Assembly (NCBI GenBank): GCA_950097015.1 | Contig: CATNEN010000001.1 | Span: forward strand, 20,646,001-20,710,000 | Source: Macrostomum hystrix | Lineage: Eukaryota > Animalia > Platyhelminthes | Direction: 5' to 3' | Length of the DNA stretch: 64,000 nt | In this document: in pieces, positions 48,201 through 60,000 of the stretch | Numbering within the stretch: the stretch's first letter is position 1 | Layout: every line of letters starts with the position of its first letter | Program-made: the position numbers and the translations under genes | The notes under the pieces: model-generated | Seen by the model: the letters and a program-made list of their open reading frames with translations, nothing else | Told to the model about the DNA's origin: nothing | Database searches by the model: none

Positions 48201-51200
48201 TTAGTAGGTAACGAGTTAGCTATAGCTATTATAGTAGGTAACGAGTTAGCTATAGCTATTATAGTAGGTAACGAGTAGCTATAGCTATTAGTAGGTAACG
48301 AGTTAGCTATTAGTAGGTAACGAGTAGCTATTAGTAGGTAACGAGTAGCTATTAGTGAGTAACGAGTAGCTATTAGTAGGTAACGAGTAGCTATTAGTAG
48401 GTAACGAGTATCTATTAGTAGGTAACGAGCAGCTATTAGTGAGTAACGAGTGGTGAATAGCGAAAGATCAGTACTGAGTGGTCAGTAACGCGAATCAAAA
48501 AGTTAATAACAACTGGTAGCTACTTTTTAACTATTGTTGGTAGAGCGAAGCTAAACATTAGTAGTTGTTAAGAACAAGTACTTTATATCGAATATAATTA
48601 GCGTATTGCAGACGAATAGTAACGAATTTTTAGTAGTGAAGTAGCGAACTGCCATCCCCCCAACTGCAGGCTCCCCAGCGGAAATGTTCTACTTTGGCAG
48701 CTACTACAACCTGACAGCCATAGGCATCTCCATGGCGTGCATCGTCAGTGCGGTGGCCTTTGTACCTCTGTTCTATGACCTTGAGATCACCAGCATTTAT
48801 GAGGTACGTTAAACAGCCAGTCGAGCTGATTACACACTCAAGTGATTCGTTTGGACATTCTGACTAGCAATTTAGGACTCCCTTCGGGATGCTGAAGCAG
48901 AACTCTAGATTCAATAAATACCCTCATTTTATTGCAAGTTATCCCCATGTTACTTTTATAATCCCATCTATATGTTCTTCAAATCAATCAACAAACTATC
49001 CCCAAGAATGTTTAGTGACCTAAACATTATCATAATATCCTCCTGGGTAATAACTTTAGCAGACAAATAAATGTCTCCCCGCAGGAGCAGAGAACCAATG
49101 TCCCCCCAGGAGCAGAGAACCAATGTCCCCCCAGGAGCAGAGAACCAATGTCCCCCAGGAGCAGAAAACCAATGTCCCCCAGGAGCAGAAAACCAATGTC
49201 TCCCCAGGAGCAGAGAACCAATGTCCCCCGGGAGCAGAGAACCAATGTCCCCTGGGAGCAGAGAACCAATGTCCCGGGGGAGCAGAGAACCAATGTACCC
49301 CCCAGGAACACAGAACCAGCAATGTCCCCCCAGGAGCAGAGAACCAATGTCCCCCGGGAGCAGAGAACCAATGTCCCCTGGGAGCAGAGAACCAATGTCC
49401 CGGGGGAGCAGAGAACCAATGTACCCCCCAGGAACACAGAACCAGCAATGTCCCCCCAGGAGCAGAGAACCAATGTCCCCCCAGGAGCAGAGAACCAATG
49501 TCCCCCGGGAGCAGAGAACCAATGTCCCCCGGGAGCAGAGAACCAATGTCCCCCGGGAGCAGAGAACCAATGTCCCCCCAGGAGCAGAGAACCAATGTCC
49601 CCCGGGAGCAGAGAACCAATGTCCCCCGGGAGCAGAGAACCAATGTCCCGGGGGAGCAGAGAACCAATGTACCCCAAGCAAGAAAATATGCTTTGACTTT
49701 GGGCAACCATTGGCCCCCAAAAGAAGAGAACAATGTTGCAGGCGCTAAATGCTTCCCAGCAGGTGACAAATGCAAAGAACAAATGCTCGCCTTTAACAGA
49801 GAACCATGCAATGTACCATTTTTACAGAAAGCCAAAGGCCACTTCAGAAATGCTAAATTGCTAGCAATAAAGTTTGACCGCATTTAGACGAGAAAATGGC
49901 TCGCATTGTCCACTCATTAATATTATAATGCGCAGAGCTATCACTTGCGAATAATATAGGCTGATTAGCGACTTAAAACGAAACGTTTTTAAAAACTGCT
50001 AAAGTTATTTTCTGAAAGAATTTTTTAACAGTGTAGCTCAGCATCGATCACTATTAAACAGTGCATCGCGCAGAGTCCAACCAGTGAAACATTGCCTAAC
50101 GCATTCAGACAGCCAAGATTTTAATCTTGCTCGAACAAGCATTAAAGGCATAAGTCATTTGTCAATATTGATTACCTGTAGCGTTGAGACAGCACAATAA
50201 AGAAGAGATGTAGTATGTGCAGACTAGCAAGTTTTGCCCCCCGAAGGGGAAAAAGATGAAGATTATCCGATATACTCCAACATTCCATTGCATGCAACAT
50301 CCCCTCAGTACATTGAAAAAATCTTGGATGTAATTCCCTCAAAATGTACTCAATGTACTACATGTTCTTTGTTTGGCATCATTAACGTACATAACGTACA
50401 TTGATGCAGGCTAATTAAGGATTCTCTCATCCATGTACATTCTAAAATCTGGGGTCACAATTGGCACATCATTTGTTGACTCTAGACCCGCAGCCAGCGA
50501 GGAGGCAATTCTGACTCCTGAGCACGCACGCACACACAGATACTGTACGCAGGCACACGCTCACACAGGTGTGTACATCTGCCCTGACTTTCTCATCGTC
50601 AGGCAGTGTACAGTTCACTGTGCCTTGGAGGTTGGCCCTCAAGGGCGTAAATTGCACGACAAGCCCCCAAGCCTTCTCTCCGTGGCTGCGCCCCAAATGA
50701 ATGAGGCTTCGCCGTGGAATCGAACTTAGGGACCTCGGTGCGAGAAGCCAACGCGTTAGACCGATCTGCCACTCACACCCTGCCAATGTACTCAACATGC
50801 TCTCACATTTCCTTAAACTATCAGCTGCCTTAAATCGGCGCATGATTAAATAGAATTCTGGACATCCTTGAATTTTCAGTACCTCGAGTTGCGCTATCAA
50901 AATCGTTTCATTCGCTATTGGACTACCGTGATGTACGTGCTTACTAGTGTAAGTAGTGCTGTGCCGAATGTTTTATCTTTAGAAATGTAAAAAACTTTTA
51001 ATGAGAATGTTAATTAATTAATTTTAGACTCTATACTTGGCAGTGGCTCAATTAGCACCCGCTATAGCTTTGGACGCAGGTAAAATAAATATTTCAGTTT
51101 GCTGAACTTGTTATAGTCTGTTACAATTAGCTAATTTTACAAGAATCCCAGTACTTTCTATTACAGTGATGGGCATTCCTGAGTGGATTGGCATCTTAAT

Positions 51201-54200
51201 CATCGGCTTCATCTCAGTCATCTACACGGCTTTGGTGTGTTTTTTTAATTATCTCAATTTTGTATCAGAACAAACATAATTTTTAGGGAATCTGCCCAGA
51301 AGATTCGATTCCATATTGGGGAATCTGCCCAGAATATTCGATTCTATATTAGGGAATCTGCTCAGAATATTCAATTCCATATTAGGGAATCTGCCCAGAA
51401 TATTCGATTCTTTATTAGGGAATCTGCCTAGAATATTCAATTCTATGATAGGGAATCTGCCCAGACTATTCGATTCCATATTAGGGAATCTGCCCAGAAT
51501 ATTCGATTCTTTATTAGGGAATCTGCCTAGAATATTCAATTCTATGATAGGGAATCTGCCCAGACTATTCGATTCCATATTAGGGAATCTGCCCAGAATA
51601 TTCGATTCCATATTAGGGAATCTGCCCAGAATATTCGATTCCATATTAGGGAATCTGCCCAGATTATTCGATTCAATATTAGGGAATCTGCCCAGAATAT
51701 TCGAATTCATATTAGGGAATCTGCCCAGAATATTCGATTCCAGATTAGGGAATCTGCTCAGAATATTTAAGCCTCTTTAATTATCGAAATCAATTTTTTT
51801 AGCCAAGCATGATTTACCCGCAATCGACAGGGAGGCATCAAGGCGGTGATCTGGTCGGATGTTTTCCAGTCATTCTTCATCTTCATCGGCCTGATCGCTC
51901 TGATCATCAAGGCAAGTTTTGTTTTAAAGAGTCCAGCTTAAAAGTACACAAGAAAGTTGGCAAGCCACCTCATACATTTGCAGGCCGGCTTAGACTCGGG
52001 CGGTTTTTCGGCTGTACTCAAAATCAACTCAGACTGGGGCCGACTCGACAGCGTCGACTGGAGCATCGACCCGCGCAGCAGGCTGACGGTCTGGACTGGA
52101 ACCCTTGGCGTCATGTTCGGCTGGATCCCGTGGTACGGGCCCAACCAGGCCGCGTTCCAGAGATTTGCCTCTCTGCCTAGCCTCAGCAAGGCCAAGTGGT
52201 AAGGGATGCCTACTAGGGGATAAATTCTCTAACACCCTGTCATAACTTGTCACACCCTCTCACATCCTATCACACCCTCTCACATCCTATCACACCCTGT
52301 CACATCCTATCACACCTTTTCACATCCTATCACACCCTGTCTCATCCTATTACACCCTGTCACATCCAATCACACCCTGTCACATCCTATCACACCCTGT
52401 CAAATCCTATCACACCTTTTCACATCCTATCACACCCTGTCTCATCCTATTACACTCTGTCACATCCAATCACACCCTGTCACATCCTATCACACCCTGT
52501 CTCATCCTATCACACCTTTTCACATCCTATCACACCCTGTCTCATCCTATTACACCCTGTCACATCCAATCACACCCTGTCACATCCTATCACACCCTGT
52601 CACATCCTATCACACCTTTTCACATCCTATCACACCCTGTCTCATCCTATTACACCCTGTCACATCCAATCACACCCTGTCACATCCTATCACACCCTGT
52701 CTCATCCTATCACACCCTGTCTCATCCTATCACACCCTGTCTCATCCTATCACACCCTGTCACATCCTATCACACCCTGTTTCATCCTATCACACCCTGT
52801 CACATCCTATCACACCCTGTCTCATCCTATCACACCCTGTCACATCCTATCACACCCTGTCCATCCTATCACACCCTGCCACATCCTATCACACCCTGTC
52901 ACATCCTATCACACCCTGTCACATCCTATCACACCCTGTCTCATCCTATTACACACTGTCCATCCTATCACACACTGTCTCATCCTATCACACTGTCCCG
53001 CTCTGAAATAGTGTGAATAGTGCGTAACTCTCTGTATCACACTCTTTCACACTGTCACACCCTATCACACTTACGCACACCCTTTGACAGGCAATCACGT
53101 TCTATCATTGATGTGATAAAGTTAAACTTTTTCAGGTCGATTCTACTCAACGTTCCCGGCGTTCTGCTGCTATTCATGCTGCTGGCTTTCGCTGGCTACT
53201 CATTGTTCTCATTCTATACCATCAGGGGATGCGATCCCTACTCAGACGGACTGATCAAGTCTGTGAATCAGGTGATTAATCACTTATCTAACAGGTAACT
53301 CAATCACTTATCTAACAGGTAACTCAATCACTTATCCAACAGGTAACTCAATCACTTATCTAACAGGTAACTCAATCACTTATCTAACAGGTAACTCAAT
53401 CACTTATCCAACAGGTAGCTCAATCACTTATCTAACAGGTAACTCAATCACTTATCTAACAGGTAACTCAATCACTTATCTAACAGGTAACTCAATCACT
53501 TATCTAACATATAACTCAATCACTTATCTAACAGGTAACTCAATCACTTATCTAACAGGTAACTCAATCACTTATCTAACAGGTAACTCAATCACTTATC
53601 TAACAGGTAGCTCAATCACTTATCTAACAGGTAGCTCAATCACTTATCTAACAGGTAACTCAATCACTTATCCAACAGGTAACTCAATCACTTATCTAAC
53701 ATATAACTCAATCACTTATCTAACAGGTAACTCAATCACTTATCTAACAGGTAACTCAATCACTTATCTAACAGGTAACTCAATCACTTATCTAACAGGT
53801 AGCTCAATCACTTATCTAACAGGTAGCTCAATCACTTATCTAACAGGTAACTCAATCACATATCTAACAGGTAACTCAATCACTTATCTAACAGGTAACT
53901 CAATCACTTATCTAACAGGTAGCTCAATCACTTATCTAACAGGTAACTCAATCACTTATCTAACAGGTAACTCAATCACTTATCCAACAGGTAGCTCAAT
54001 CACTTATCTAACAGGTAACTCAATCACTTATCTAACAGGAAACTCAATCACTTATCTAACAGGTAACTCAATCACTTATCTAACAGGTAGCTCAATCACC
54101 TAATCACTTCTCGTAGTATTCGTCGTAGTTTTAAGGAATTTCAAGTAGAAAAATCTACACATTTAACCTTTAGATTCTGCCGCACTACGTGAAATACGAG

Positions 54201-55780
54201 ATGAAAATTCCTGCCCTGCCCGGTATAATTGTAGCTTGCATTCTGAGTGGCGCATTCAGGTAAGAACGAAACTAATTTGAGTGTTAATATTCCTTGATTA
54301 CGTCTTAAGACTACTGCTAGTAGCAAGCCATGGATTTGAATGCATTTTAGTACAACCAGCACGGTTTTAAACTCGCAAGCTGCTGTCACGGTGATTGACT
54401 TTCTGCAGCCGCTCAGAAAGATGACCGACAAGCAGGCCACGGTTGCTACGAAATGGCTGGGTGCGCTGGCTGCACTATTTATTTATGAGAATCTTAAAAA
54501 TATTTTTATAATCTGTTATTTATTTCTTCTGCATTCTGCATTCACCCCACAGTCGTCGCCTACGGTGTCCTGGGCTGCCTGCTGTCATTCGCTTCCTCCC
54601 AGCTGACTGGCATCTCACTGAAGCAGATCTCCGGGTCGCTGCTGAACGCCACAACTGGAGCCACTCTGGGCATCTACCTGCTGGCCGCCTGCGTTCCCAA
54701 GAGCACCTGGCGCGGGGCCTTCGTCGGCTCGCTGGTTTCGCTGGGTCTAGTCGGCTGGCTGTGCGTCGGCGCCTTCGCCAGCCCCGGCGTTGTCAAAGCC
54801 GTCATGCTGCCGCTGGCCACGGCCAACTGCACAAACAGCGGGCGCGCCGACAGCAGGGACGCCACCGCACCGACAGCAGCTCCGGCAGTTCCTGCGCCTG
54901 TGGGCTTGGATAATTTCTACAGCGTCTCCTTCCAGTGGTACGGCCTGATTGGCACCGCTTCCTGCGTTCTGGTCGGCCTACTGGTCAGCCTGCCGAATAT
55001 GCTGAACCCGGAGGGAGTGACCGCCGATGATAAGTACATCATACCTGCTATTCGGCGCTTCGTGGTGAGTTTCTTGGGCCAGATACTTTCACATATCTAC
55101 ACCATTAGACCTACTTTCCTAGATCTATTAACCTAGATCTACTCTCAAAAATAGATTCCCTTAGATCTACTCTCCTAGATCTATTCACCTAGATCTAATC
55201 TCCTAGATCTACTCTGCTAGATCTACTCTCCTAGATCTACTTCATTAGATCTACTCTCTAAGATATATTCCCCTAGATCTACTCTCCAAGATAGATTCCC
55301 TTAGATCTACTCTTCAAGATCTACTCTCCAAGATAGATTCCCTTAGATCTACTCTTCTAGATCTACTCTCCAAGATAGATTCCCTTAGATATACTTTTCT
55401 AGATCTACTCTCCAAGATAGATTCCCTTAGATCTACTCTTCTAGATCTACTCTCCAAGGATCTAGGAACATGAGCAGGTCAAACCAAAGGGTCACACGAA
55501 TTCAAACACTACGCTCGTAGTAAAACTAGGTCAAACTAAAAAGTGACAAATCAACTACGAATTGGTCTAGCCAACTTAAACCCTCATTAAGAAATAGTCT
55601 AAACACTATTGGCACTTTATTTATATAAATGTTTCGTCTTTACAGAAGCCCAACCGTGCTGAATATGACAAAGATTTCAACCCGGAGAAAATGAGTCCAT
55701 CTCTTAAAAAACAGCATTACGAGATGGCAGGTGCTCAGATTTGGTCCAGCTACTCAACCGAGGAATCCACTGATCTTTGA
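42203..55780 (+). CDS. SLC5 sodium:solute symporter (SMCT/SMVT/NIS-like), 12 exons, ~595 aa
   Basis: Exons 42203-42392, 48670-48803, 50880-50948, 51028-51079, 51167-51234, 51831-51911, 51984-52198, 53136-53271, 54174-54259, 54351-54460, 54553-55064, 55646-55780 (1788 nt, in frame). Motifs: [91 protein letters not shown]. Ends in the PDZ-type motif STDL. Confidence 0.93.
42420..42950. repeat. 11-15-bp minisatellite (TCTACTCTCAG..)n in SLC5 intron 1
   Basis: Visible tandem units. Confidence 0.92.
43415..48450. repeat. 5-kb satellite of 21-31-bp variant units GTAACGAG(T)TAGCTA(TAGCTA)TTA(TA)GTAG in SLC5 intron 1
   Basis: Roughly 200 visible units; longer units contain the palindrome TAGCTATAGCTA. 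Confidence 0.98.
49082..49672. repeat. ~24-bp minisatellite (GGAGCAGAGAACCAATGTCCCCC.)n in SLC5 intron 2
   Basis: Visible tandem units. Confidence 0.95.
50460..50781 (-). mobile_element. tRNA-derived SINE, second copy (SLC5 intron 2)
   Basis: Reverse complement reads GGGTGTGAGTGGCAGATCGG (A box) ... GTTCGATTCC (B box), then the same body as 26418-26735. Confidence 0.82.
51285..51766. repeat. 33-bp minisatellite (AGGGAATCTGCCCAGAATATTCGATTCCATATT)n in SLC5 intron 5
   Basis: ~14.5 visible copies. Confidence 0.95.
52232..53070. repeat. 20-bp minisatellite (CACATCCTATCACACCCTGT)n in SLC5 intron 7
   Basis: Visible tandem units. Confidence 0.95.
53272..54098 (+). repeat. 24-bp minisatellite (GTAACTCAATCACTTATCTAACAG)n in SLC5 intron 8
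   Basis: 34 units starting exactly at the intron 5' splice site. Confidence 0.97.
55108..55458. repeat. ~14-bp degenerate repeat (AGATCTACTCTCCT) in SLC5 intron 11
   Basis: Visible tandem units. Confidence 0.88.
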
Positions 55781-55860
55781 CACATCCCATAATATAATCC
55801 TAATTACTCGAAACTAACGACTTACTTTTCGATTTCCATCTAAAGTTCGTCATAATATTT

Positions 55861-56422
55861 TCTACCCTCACCGCGTTCTACCCTCGCTGTTCTACCCCTC
55901 CGCGTTCTACCCCCTCCGTGTTCTATCCCCTCCGCGTTCTATCCCCTCCGCGTTCTACCCTCTCCGTGTTCTACCCTCTCTGTGTTCTATACTCAGTGTT
56001 CTACCCTCACTGTGTTCTACACTCACTGTTCTACCCTCACTGTTCTACCCTCTCCGTGTTCTACCCTCTCCGTGTTCTACCCTCACTGTTCTACCCTCTC
56101 CGTGTTCTACCCTCTCCGTGTTCTACTCTCTCCGTGTTCTACCCTCTCCGTGTTCTACCCTCTCCGTGTTCTACACTCAGTGTTCTACCCTCACTGTTCT
56201 ACCCTCTCCGTGTTCTACCCTCTCCGTGTTCTACCCTCTCCGTGTTCTACCCTCTCCATGTTCTACCCTCTCCGTGTTCTACCCTCTCCATGTTCTACGC
56301 TCAGTGTTCTACCCTCTCCGTGCTCTACCCTCTCAGTGTTCTTCCCTCTTCGTGTTCTACCCTCACCGAGTTCTACCCTCACTGTTCTACCCTCACTGTT
56401 CTACTCTCACTGTTCCACCCTC
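55861..56422. repeat. 14/16-bp minisatellite (TGTTCTACCCTCTCCG)n downstream of the SLC5 stop codon
   Basis: Visible tandem units. Confidence 0.94.
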
Positions 56423-57075
56423 GCCGTGTACCACCATGAAATCTCACCTGTTTGAACGCAAATATTCCTAGATTGCATCAACCTAGCTGGTTGCAAGAAG
56501 AATGTTATAGCCGTGTTTTTTAATAAATCCATCAAAGTCACACATGAAATTAACCAGTAAATGTACTAGTTATATCGATTTTCAATTAGTATAATATGTA
56601 ATTTTAAGTCAAGACAAGTTGGCATAGGAGTGAAGCTTATGCCCACATGTTATGAACTGTTTAACACAAAAACTAAATACTCCGTATATTTCTAAGAACA
56701 AATTCATATACAATCATTGTACTAATGACAGAAAACTCAAAGGAAAAATTTCCATTGCCTCTAATTTAAGCATGACTGATTTGAAAAATATGCGGCAATG
56801 ACCGGTCTAAGCTATCTTCGATAGGGACAGAAGGTGCTATGACTAATCCTATGACCATTTGTTTAGTTGACAATACTGCTTTGAAAAGTTAGTTTTCAAA
56901 GGGCGGAACATGTTGGCCCATATGGTGGACTTTCACGAAAATCGGTCATTCGGGTTGGGACCAATCGTGAAGTAGGCAGCGTGTCTTTGAAATACCCACG
57001 TGTGGTCTTACTATTGTTAAAAGAATAGAAACTTGCCACTCGCGCGACAAAGATCGTCGACAAAGACCGCGAAGC

Positions 57076-60000
57076 TCAGATCCGGTAGTCGATCAGATTT
57101 GACAGCACACCACCGCGACGCAGCAGCCAGAGTGCCGCGCCTGTCGCGGCCAAGCCGCACAGCAGCGAGACAGCCGAAGCTCCAATAGCCGATGTCGAAG
57201 AGCCGATAAGTGATTCTTTGGCACTTCTCTCGGCGTCGCCGGCGTTGAAACTGCCGCAGAAGCCGCCGCGCATGCCGCAGCGGATGCGGTCCATCTGGCC
57301 CAGGATGGCCTCGCGAGCACCGGGCCAAGCATTCGGACCGGTTAGCCGGTACTGGTATGGAGTACACGGCTCAAAGAAAACGGCCCTAAATAGGGCTGGG
57401 TCGGTTAGCAACAGGCGGAGCAGAGGCGGCCGACAGCCGATCTCAGAGGCCAGCTCGTCCATGTAGGCAATCCAGTCCACCTGGATGCGATGAGATAGGG
57501 AAGCACAGGCTAATGAATTTGGGATATTTTTACTAGGATTTTGACTTTGGATTCTGGGATCTTGATTTTAGGATCTGGGATTTTGATTTCTGAATCTTTA
57601 CTCGGGGCTGGGATTTGGGCTCCGATTCTGGGATTAGAAGATCTTGATTCTGGGATTTGGGATCTTGGTTTTGGGATCTAAGAATTTTGATTCTGGGATT
57701 TGAGGATCTTGATTTTGGGATCTAAGAATCTTGATTCTGGAATCTAGTAACCTTGATTCTGGGATTTGACGATCTTGATTCTGGGATCTGAGCATCTTGA
57801 CTCTGAGATCTAAGGATCTTGATTCGGGGATCTGAGGATCTCAATTCTGGGATTCAATTATCTTGATTCTGGGATTTGAGACTCCAGGATCTGAGGATAT
57901 CAATAATAGGATTTGAGATTCAGCGGATTAGTAAGCTGAGATTTCGAATCAGGAATTCGGTTAGGGGAGTTATTAAAGTTTTAGCAAATTCAGAAAGAAT
58001 GCGCTTGTGCCTACTAACAAGTTGAGCAGTAGTGCAGTGCGAGAGATAACGTTAAATCTAATATTTTTATTAACGGACAAGTACACTTTATCATGTTTCA
58101 AAACCTAAGCACAATGACCTTGAGCTATCTCATTAGCTATTCCTAATCGATGCTGCTAATGCGATTCTGAAATTCGTTTAGCTGGACTCTCTAGTTTAGG
58201 AATGATAATGCTTTCATAATTATGAATAATGAATAATGATTTGTGAATGAAATCACATTTAACTTACCTTTTGAATAGCTGATTATGAATATTTAAAATG
58301 TGAAAGACTCAAGGATCGCTATATGATATCCAGATTCAAATTCTGGGATCTGAAGTAATCGATACTAAGATCTAAGGTTATATTGATTCTGGGATGTGAA
58401 GTTATGGATTCTGGGATCTAAGGTTATATTGATTCTGGGATCTGAAGTTATGGATTCTGGAATCTGAAGTTATGGATTCTGGGATCTAAGGTTATATTGA
58501 TTCTGGAATCTGAAGTTATGGATTCTGGGATCTAAGGTTATATTGATTCTGGGATCTGAAGTTATCGATTCTGGGATATAAAGTTATGGATTCTGGGATC
58601 TAAGGTTATATTGATTCTGGGATCTGAAGTTATGGATTCTGGAATCTGAAGTTATGGATTCTGGGATCTAAGGTTATATTGATTCTGGGATCTGAAGTTA
58701 TGGATTCTGGAATCTGAAGTTATGGATTCTGGGATCTAAGGTTATATTGATTCTGGGATCTGAAGTTATGGATTCTGGGATCTGAAGTTATCGATTCTGG
58801 GATCTGAAGTTATCGATTCTGAGATCTGAATTTATGGATTCTGGGATCTAAGGTTATATTGATTCTGGGATCTGAAGTTATCGATTCTGGGATCTGAGAT
58901 TATCGATTTTGGGATCTGAAGTTATATCGATTCTGGGATCAAAAGTTATCGATTCTGGGATCTGAAGTTATGGATTCTGGGATCTGAAGTTATGGATTCT
59001 GGGATCTGAAGTTATGGATTCTGGGATCTGAAGTTATATCGATTCTGGGATCAAAAGTTATCGATTCTGGGATCTGAAGTTATGGATTCTGGGATCTGAA
59101 GTTATGGATTCTGGGATCTGAAGTTATGGATTCTGGGATCTGAAGTTATGGATTCTGGGATCTGAAGTTATGGATTCTGGGATCTGAAGTTATGGATTCT
59201 GGGATCTGAAGTTATATCGATTCTGGGATCAAAAGTTATCGATTCTGGGATCTGAAGTTATGGATTCTGGGATCTGAAGTTATGGATTCTGGGATCTGAA
59301 GTTATGGATTCTGGGATCTGAAGTTATGGATTCTGGGATCTGAAGTTATGGATTCTGGGATCTGAAGTTATGGATTCTGGGATCTGAGGATCTCAGGATT
59401 TCTGTAGGATCTAGGATCGCAAATTTGAGATTTCGATAATAAAAATTTTAAATCTTGACTTCACGATTCTAAGATTTAAGAATTTTTTTAATCCATTCCA
59501 TATCAAACTAGCCCCTCTTCCTTTTCACCTGTATCGTGTGCCTCGGCGTGTTGACAAACCTTGCCGCAATGGCCCGGCGCCTCCGCTCGGCCTCCTCGAT
59601 CATGACTTCCGGCTTCGGCAGTCGGCAGTCGCCTTTGACCACTCGCGCGGCCCAGCGACTTTGCGCCTCCGCGATGGGGATGGTGGCGCCCAGGGGCTGG
59701 ACAAAGCCGATGAAGGCCAAGGAGCCTGAAGGCACAGACGGGTGGAACACGTGCTTGTAGAAGCGGGTCTCATTGTTGCTCACCGAGAACTGGGCTCCGT
59801 CCAGAAACGGAAAACAGATGCGATAACCTGCGGGTGGAGGTATTTCACAGATCCTGAAGCTACATCCTTCAGATCCTGAAGCTCCATCCTTCAGATCCTG
59901 AAGCTCCATCCTTCAGATCCTGAAGCTCCATCATTCAGATCCTGAAGCACCATCATTCAGATCCTGAAACTACATCATTCAGATCCTGAAGCTACATCCT

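Noticed and set aside
43415-48450. Telomere-like repeat
   Set aside because: It has no TTAGGG or TTAGG runs and lies within an intron.
55769-55780. SLC5 C-terminal PDZ ligand (STDL) as a partner of the nearby GOPC PDZ domain
   Set aside because: Such motifs are common in this SLC5 subgroup, and genomic proximity is not evidence of interaction.
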